From NCBI GenBank assembly GCA_944325035.1, contig CALUYM010000002.1, forward strand, positions 7,329 to 71,328: a stretch of 64,000 nt of DNA, in the 5' to 3' direction. Both the position numbers and the translations under genes were made by a program. The stretch is from an uncultured Anaeroplasmataceae bacterium (GTDB lineage: Bacteria; Bacillota_I; Bacilli_A; Acholeplasmatales; Anaeroplasmataceae). Of the stretch, positions 61,209 to 64,000 are shown piece by piece. The notes beneath the pieces are model-generated. The model saw only the letters and a list, made by a program, of their open reading frames with translations. It was not told the origin of the DNA and did no database searches. How positions within the stretch are numbered: position 1 is the stretch's first letter; each line of letters begins with the position of its first letter.

Positions 61209-62126
61209 ATGAAACTAAATCAAAATTCAAAAAATGCAATTAAACAATTTAAACATCTATCGCATTTTGTTATATCAGATAATCAAGATGATGGTTTTTT
61301 AGATTTATTTTTACTTCCAATAAATGCAAGAAATTTTAATTATAATTATGTTTCTGATAATTTAATAGAATCTGTCGCAGATTATTCTTTATCTTGGAGA
61401 ATTAGGGAAAAATATAAAGATAAAGCGATGATGCTCAGTAAAAAAGCTAGAGAAAAATTTAAAGAATGTGAGAGAAATGATGGTGAGCTTGGAGAATTAT
61501 TATTGTTTTGTTTTTTAGAAGGACATCTTGAAGCACCTAAAATTTTAACAAAATTGGAATTAAAAACTTCAAACAAATTATATGTTAATGGTTCGGACGG
61601 TGTTCATTTGAAAAAAATCGGTGATAAAAAATATCATTTGATTTTTGGTGAATCAAAGACATATGAGGAACTAACAAAAGCTTTTGAAAATGCATTTAAA
61701 TCTATAAATGAATTTGTGAAAGAGATAAATTCAAAAGGAGAATCTAAAAGTGGAATAGAATTTGAGAGAGGATTAATTTCCACTAATATGGAACAAATCA
61801 TTTTCGATGAAGATGATGAGGATATATTAAATTTATTATTATACCCTGAAAATAGACATTCTTCTGACATAACGCTCGATGATGCTTTTTCTATTTTTGT
61901 TGGATACGAAATTGATATTACAAAGGAACAAAAAGAACTATCTAGTGATGAATTTCCTAATAAAATAGAAAAGAAAGTTATTTTTCAAATTGAAAACTAT
62001 AAAACTAAAATTTATGAATTAATAGAAAAATACGAATTGATTGGTTATACATTTTATATTTTTGTAATGCCATTTACTGAAATTGCAAAAAACAGGAAAA
62101 AGATTTTAGAGAGGGTGCTAGAGTGA
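61209..62126 (+). CDS. hamA: PD-(D/E)xK-like nuclease candidate, HamA (DUF1837)-like partner of the downstream helicase
   Basis: 305-aa ORF with an ATG after GAGGAAG. Motifs ELGELLLFCFLE and GSDGVHL...LIFGESKTY (D130, E148, K150). Its stop overlaps the helicase start (GTGATG). Confidence 0.55.
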   Translation: MKLNQNSKNAIKQFKHLSHFVISDNQDDGFLDLFLLPINARNFNYNYVSDNLIESVADYSLSWRIREKYKDKAMMLSKKAREKFKECERNDGELGELLLFCFLEGHLEAPKILTKLELKTSNKLYVNGSDGVHLKKIGDKKYHLIFGESKTYEELTKAFENAFKSINEFVKEINSKGESKSGIEFERGLISTNMEQIIFDEDDEDILNLLLYPENRHSSDITLDDAFSIFVGYEIDITKEQKELSSDEFPNKIEKKVIFQIENYKTKIYELIEKYELIGYTFYIFVMPFTEIAKNRKKILERVLE

Positions 62127-64000
62127 TGTCGATTATACAAAAAATGTCAAAAAAAGCGTTTGAAGATGTTTATCTAAAAGATTTGTTATATAAATTAGAA
62201 GAAAATTATTGTAATAGATTATGTTATGATGATTTTCAACTCACAATTAATAATAAAGAAATAAATCATTTATTAAGGTTCTCAGATATTTTGTGTAGAT
62301 CTGAATATAGTAAACACAGAAATCTCTCATTAAAAATTATAAGTTTATTGCAAGAAATAAACGAGATAAGAAATATGGAATATTTTCAAATTATTGCAAC
62401 AAATGTTTTGGTTAAATTAGGGAATTTTCCATCAATGCCAATAATAATAGATAGCGAACAATATTTAAAAATAGATGAAATTAGAAATGATTATATCATT
62501 AAAATTTTAGCTCAAAGCTCACCATTAGAAAAGCCTTTTACAGATGCTCAATATAGCGTTTTTGAAGAAATGAAGAGGAGAAATCATTATAGCTTTTCTG
62601 GAAGTACATCATTTGGAAAATCTTTTATTTTTGAAGCTTTTACTAAATATATTATTGAAGCGCATAATAAAACGGACAATATAGCATTCATCGTTCCAAC
62701 TAAGGCACTTATTAACCAAGTTGGACAAAGATTGAAAGAAATAACAAGAGACTTTGGATACAAAGTAATAACAACCCCTATAATACCTAAAGTTTTCTTA
62801 AATCAAGATAATAGGTATGTATTTGTTTTTACGCCAGAAAGATTGATTTCGTACTTTATGGATGGCAATAATCCACAAATTGATTATCTAATGGTGGACG
62901 AGGCACATAAATTATTAAGCAAAAAAGACACTAGAACACCATTGCTTTACCATTCGTTAGTATTGGCGAAAAGAAAAAGTGTTAATATCTATTTTGCATC
63001 ACCCAATATCCCAAATGCAGATGTTTTTTTGAAAATGATTAATAATAGCACTGAAGAAAGTAAATCTGTTATAGAATCGCCAGTAGCTCAAAATAGATTT
63101 TTTATCGATACTGTTAATGATAAATCTTTTATGATTTCAGAGTTTGGAAAAGATATTATTTTCTCCAAATTCAATTTTAGTGATGACAAAATAGAAAATT
63201 TAAAAAAAGTATTAGAAACTTTTTCTAAGAATAGACAGAGTATAATATATTGCAATACTGTGGATAAGACCATACAAACTGCAATTAGATTTTCTAATAG
63301 AATAAATGATGTAGACTTACTACAAATTAATGAACTTATGGAATTGATAGATGAGAAAGTTCATAGCCAATATTTTCTAAAAAAATGTTTAAAAAAAGGA
63401 ATTGCATATCATTTTGGTGGAATACCAGAAGAAATAAAATTAAGAATAGAAAATTTGTATAAACAGGGGCAAATTAAATATTTATTCTGTACTTCGACTT
63501 TATTGGAGGGAGTAAATCTACCAGCTAAAAATATTTTTATTTTGAGTGAAAATATAGGTAACGGAAAGATGACAGATATAGATTTTTGGAATTTAGCAGG
63601 TAGAGCAGGAAGATTGAGTAAAGATATATCCGGAAATATCTTTTGTGTAAATTTATTTGATCAAAGGGGATATTGGAAAGATACGAAAGATGGAGTTAAA
63701 ATACTTCGAAACAAACAAATAAAAGAAGTTGAACCGCAAATATTATCTAATAGAAATGATAATTTATATAAAAATATTAGTAACTATATAGAAGGGAAAG
63801 ACTATACAAATAAAAGTTTAAGTAGTGAACAAAAAAAGATAATTGAAATGTATGGAAATGTATTGCTTTTTCATGATTCAATTAATAATGATTCAATTCT
63901 AAAAGACAAATTTATAGATAATAATACTGACTCCATTTCTTTATTAAAGAAAACAAGAACATCATTAAAAGTTCCGTCAGAAATACTAGCTACTAGTATT
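62126..64000 (+). CDS. hamB: SF2 DEAH-box helicase, 3'-truncated by the window edge (HamB-like)
   Basis: Frame 2 is open for 625 codons from ATG 62126 to the window end; the ORF track misses it because there is no stop. Motifs: I GSTSFGKS, Ia PTKALINQ, TPERL, II MVDEAH, V TSTLLEGVNLPA, VI AGRAGR. Confidence 0.7.
   Translation, partial: MSIIQKMSKKAFEDVYLKDLLYKLEENYCNRLCYDDFQLTINNKEINHLLRFSDILCRSEYSKHRNLSLKIISLLQEINEIRNMEYFQIIATNVLVKLGNFPSMPIIIDSEQYLKIDEIRNDYIIKILAQSSPLEKPFTDAQYSVFEEMKRRNHYSFSGSTSFGKSFIFEAFTKYIIEAHNKTDNIAFIVPTKALINQVGQRLKEITRDFGYKVITTPIIPKVFLNQDNRYVFVFTPERLISYFMDGNNPQIDYLMVDEAHKLLSKKDTRTPLLYHSLVLAKRKSVNIYFASPNIPNADVFLKMINNSTEESKSVIESPVAQNRFFIDTVNDKSFMISEFGKDIIFSKFNFSDDKIENLKKVLETFSKNRQSIIYCNTVDKTIQTAIRFSNRINDVDLLQINELMELIDEKVHSQYFLKKCLKKGIAYHFGGIPEEIKLRIENLYKQGQIKYLFCTSTLLEGVNLPAKNIFILSENIGNGKMTDIDFWNLAGRAGRLSKDISGNIFCVNLFDQRGYWKDTKDGVKILRNKQIKEVEPQILSNRNDNLYKNISNYIEGKDYTNKSLSSEQKKIIEMYGNVLLFHDSINNDSILKDKFIDNNTDSISLLKKTRTSLKVPSEILATSI

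Noticed and set aside
1-64000. Search by eye for CRISPR arrays, tRNA/rRNA genes, IS elements, integrases and prophage genes.
   Set aside because: I found no regularly spaced direct repeats, no tRNA-like T-arm/acceptor patterns, no rRNA-like conserved blocks and no transposase or recombinase-like ORFs. Absence is based on manual reading only and should be confirmed with tRNAscan-SE, Infernal and ISEScan.

Overview
Visibly AT-rich chromosomal segment of a low-GC Firmicutes-type bacterium, with the standard genetic code, AGGAGG-like ribosome-binding sites and many rho-independent terminators. SASP and PdaA-like genes suggest a spore former. I support about 60 protein genes and recognised no rRNA, tRNA, CRISPR array, transposase or integrase. 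Most of the window is housekeeping or core metabolism: typA, pepT, nifJ (PFOR), sufCDSUB, rubrerythrin plus a GrcA-like protein, murF-ddl, msmX, pgk-HPr-tpiA, rpsD, thiI, ackA and rlmD. There are also transporters (MATE, P-type ATPase, ABC exporter pair, ZIP, CDF, FNT) and regulators (MerR, MarR, MntR/DtxR). The most interesting part is the right edge. Immediately after the rlmD stop (60041), with no terminator, an accessory block begins. It holds a decayed HNH-motif nuclease gene, a 305-aa PD-(D/E)xK-like protein, and a translationally coupled SF2 DEAH helicase (62126 to beyond 64000, absent from the ORF track because it runs off the window). The last two have the architecture of a Hachiman-type (HamA/HamB) anti-phage system. 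Other notable items: a yybP-ykoY-type Mn2+ riboswitch with an overlapping terminator ahead of a Ca-ATPase-like P-type pump; an unexplained helix-rich G/C-containing patch in a 1.1-kb non-coding gap; two or three genes broken by in-frame TAA codons or poly-A frameshifts; a tandem two-domain alpha/beta SASP; and several unusual domain fusions. All functional calls come from motif recognition by eye, since no searches could be run.
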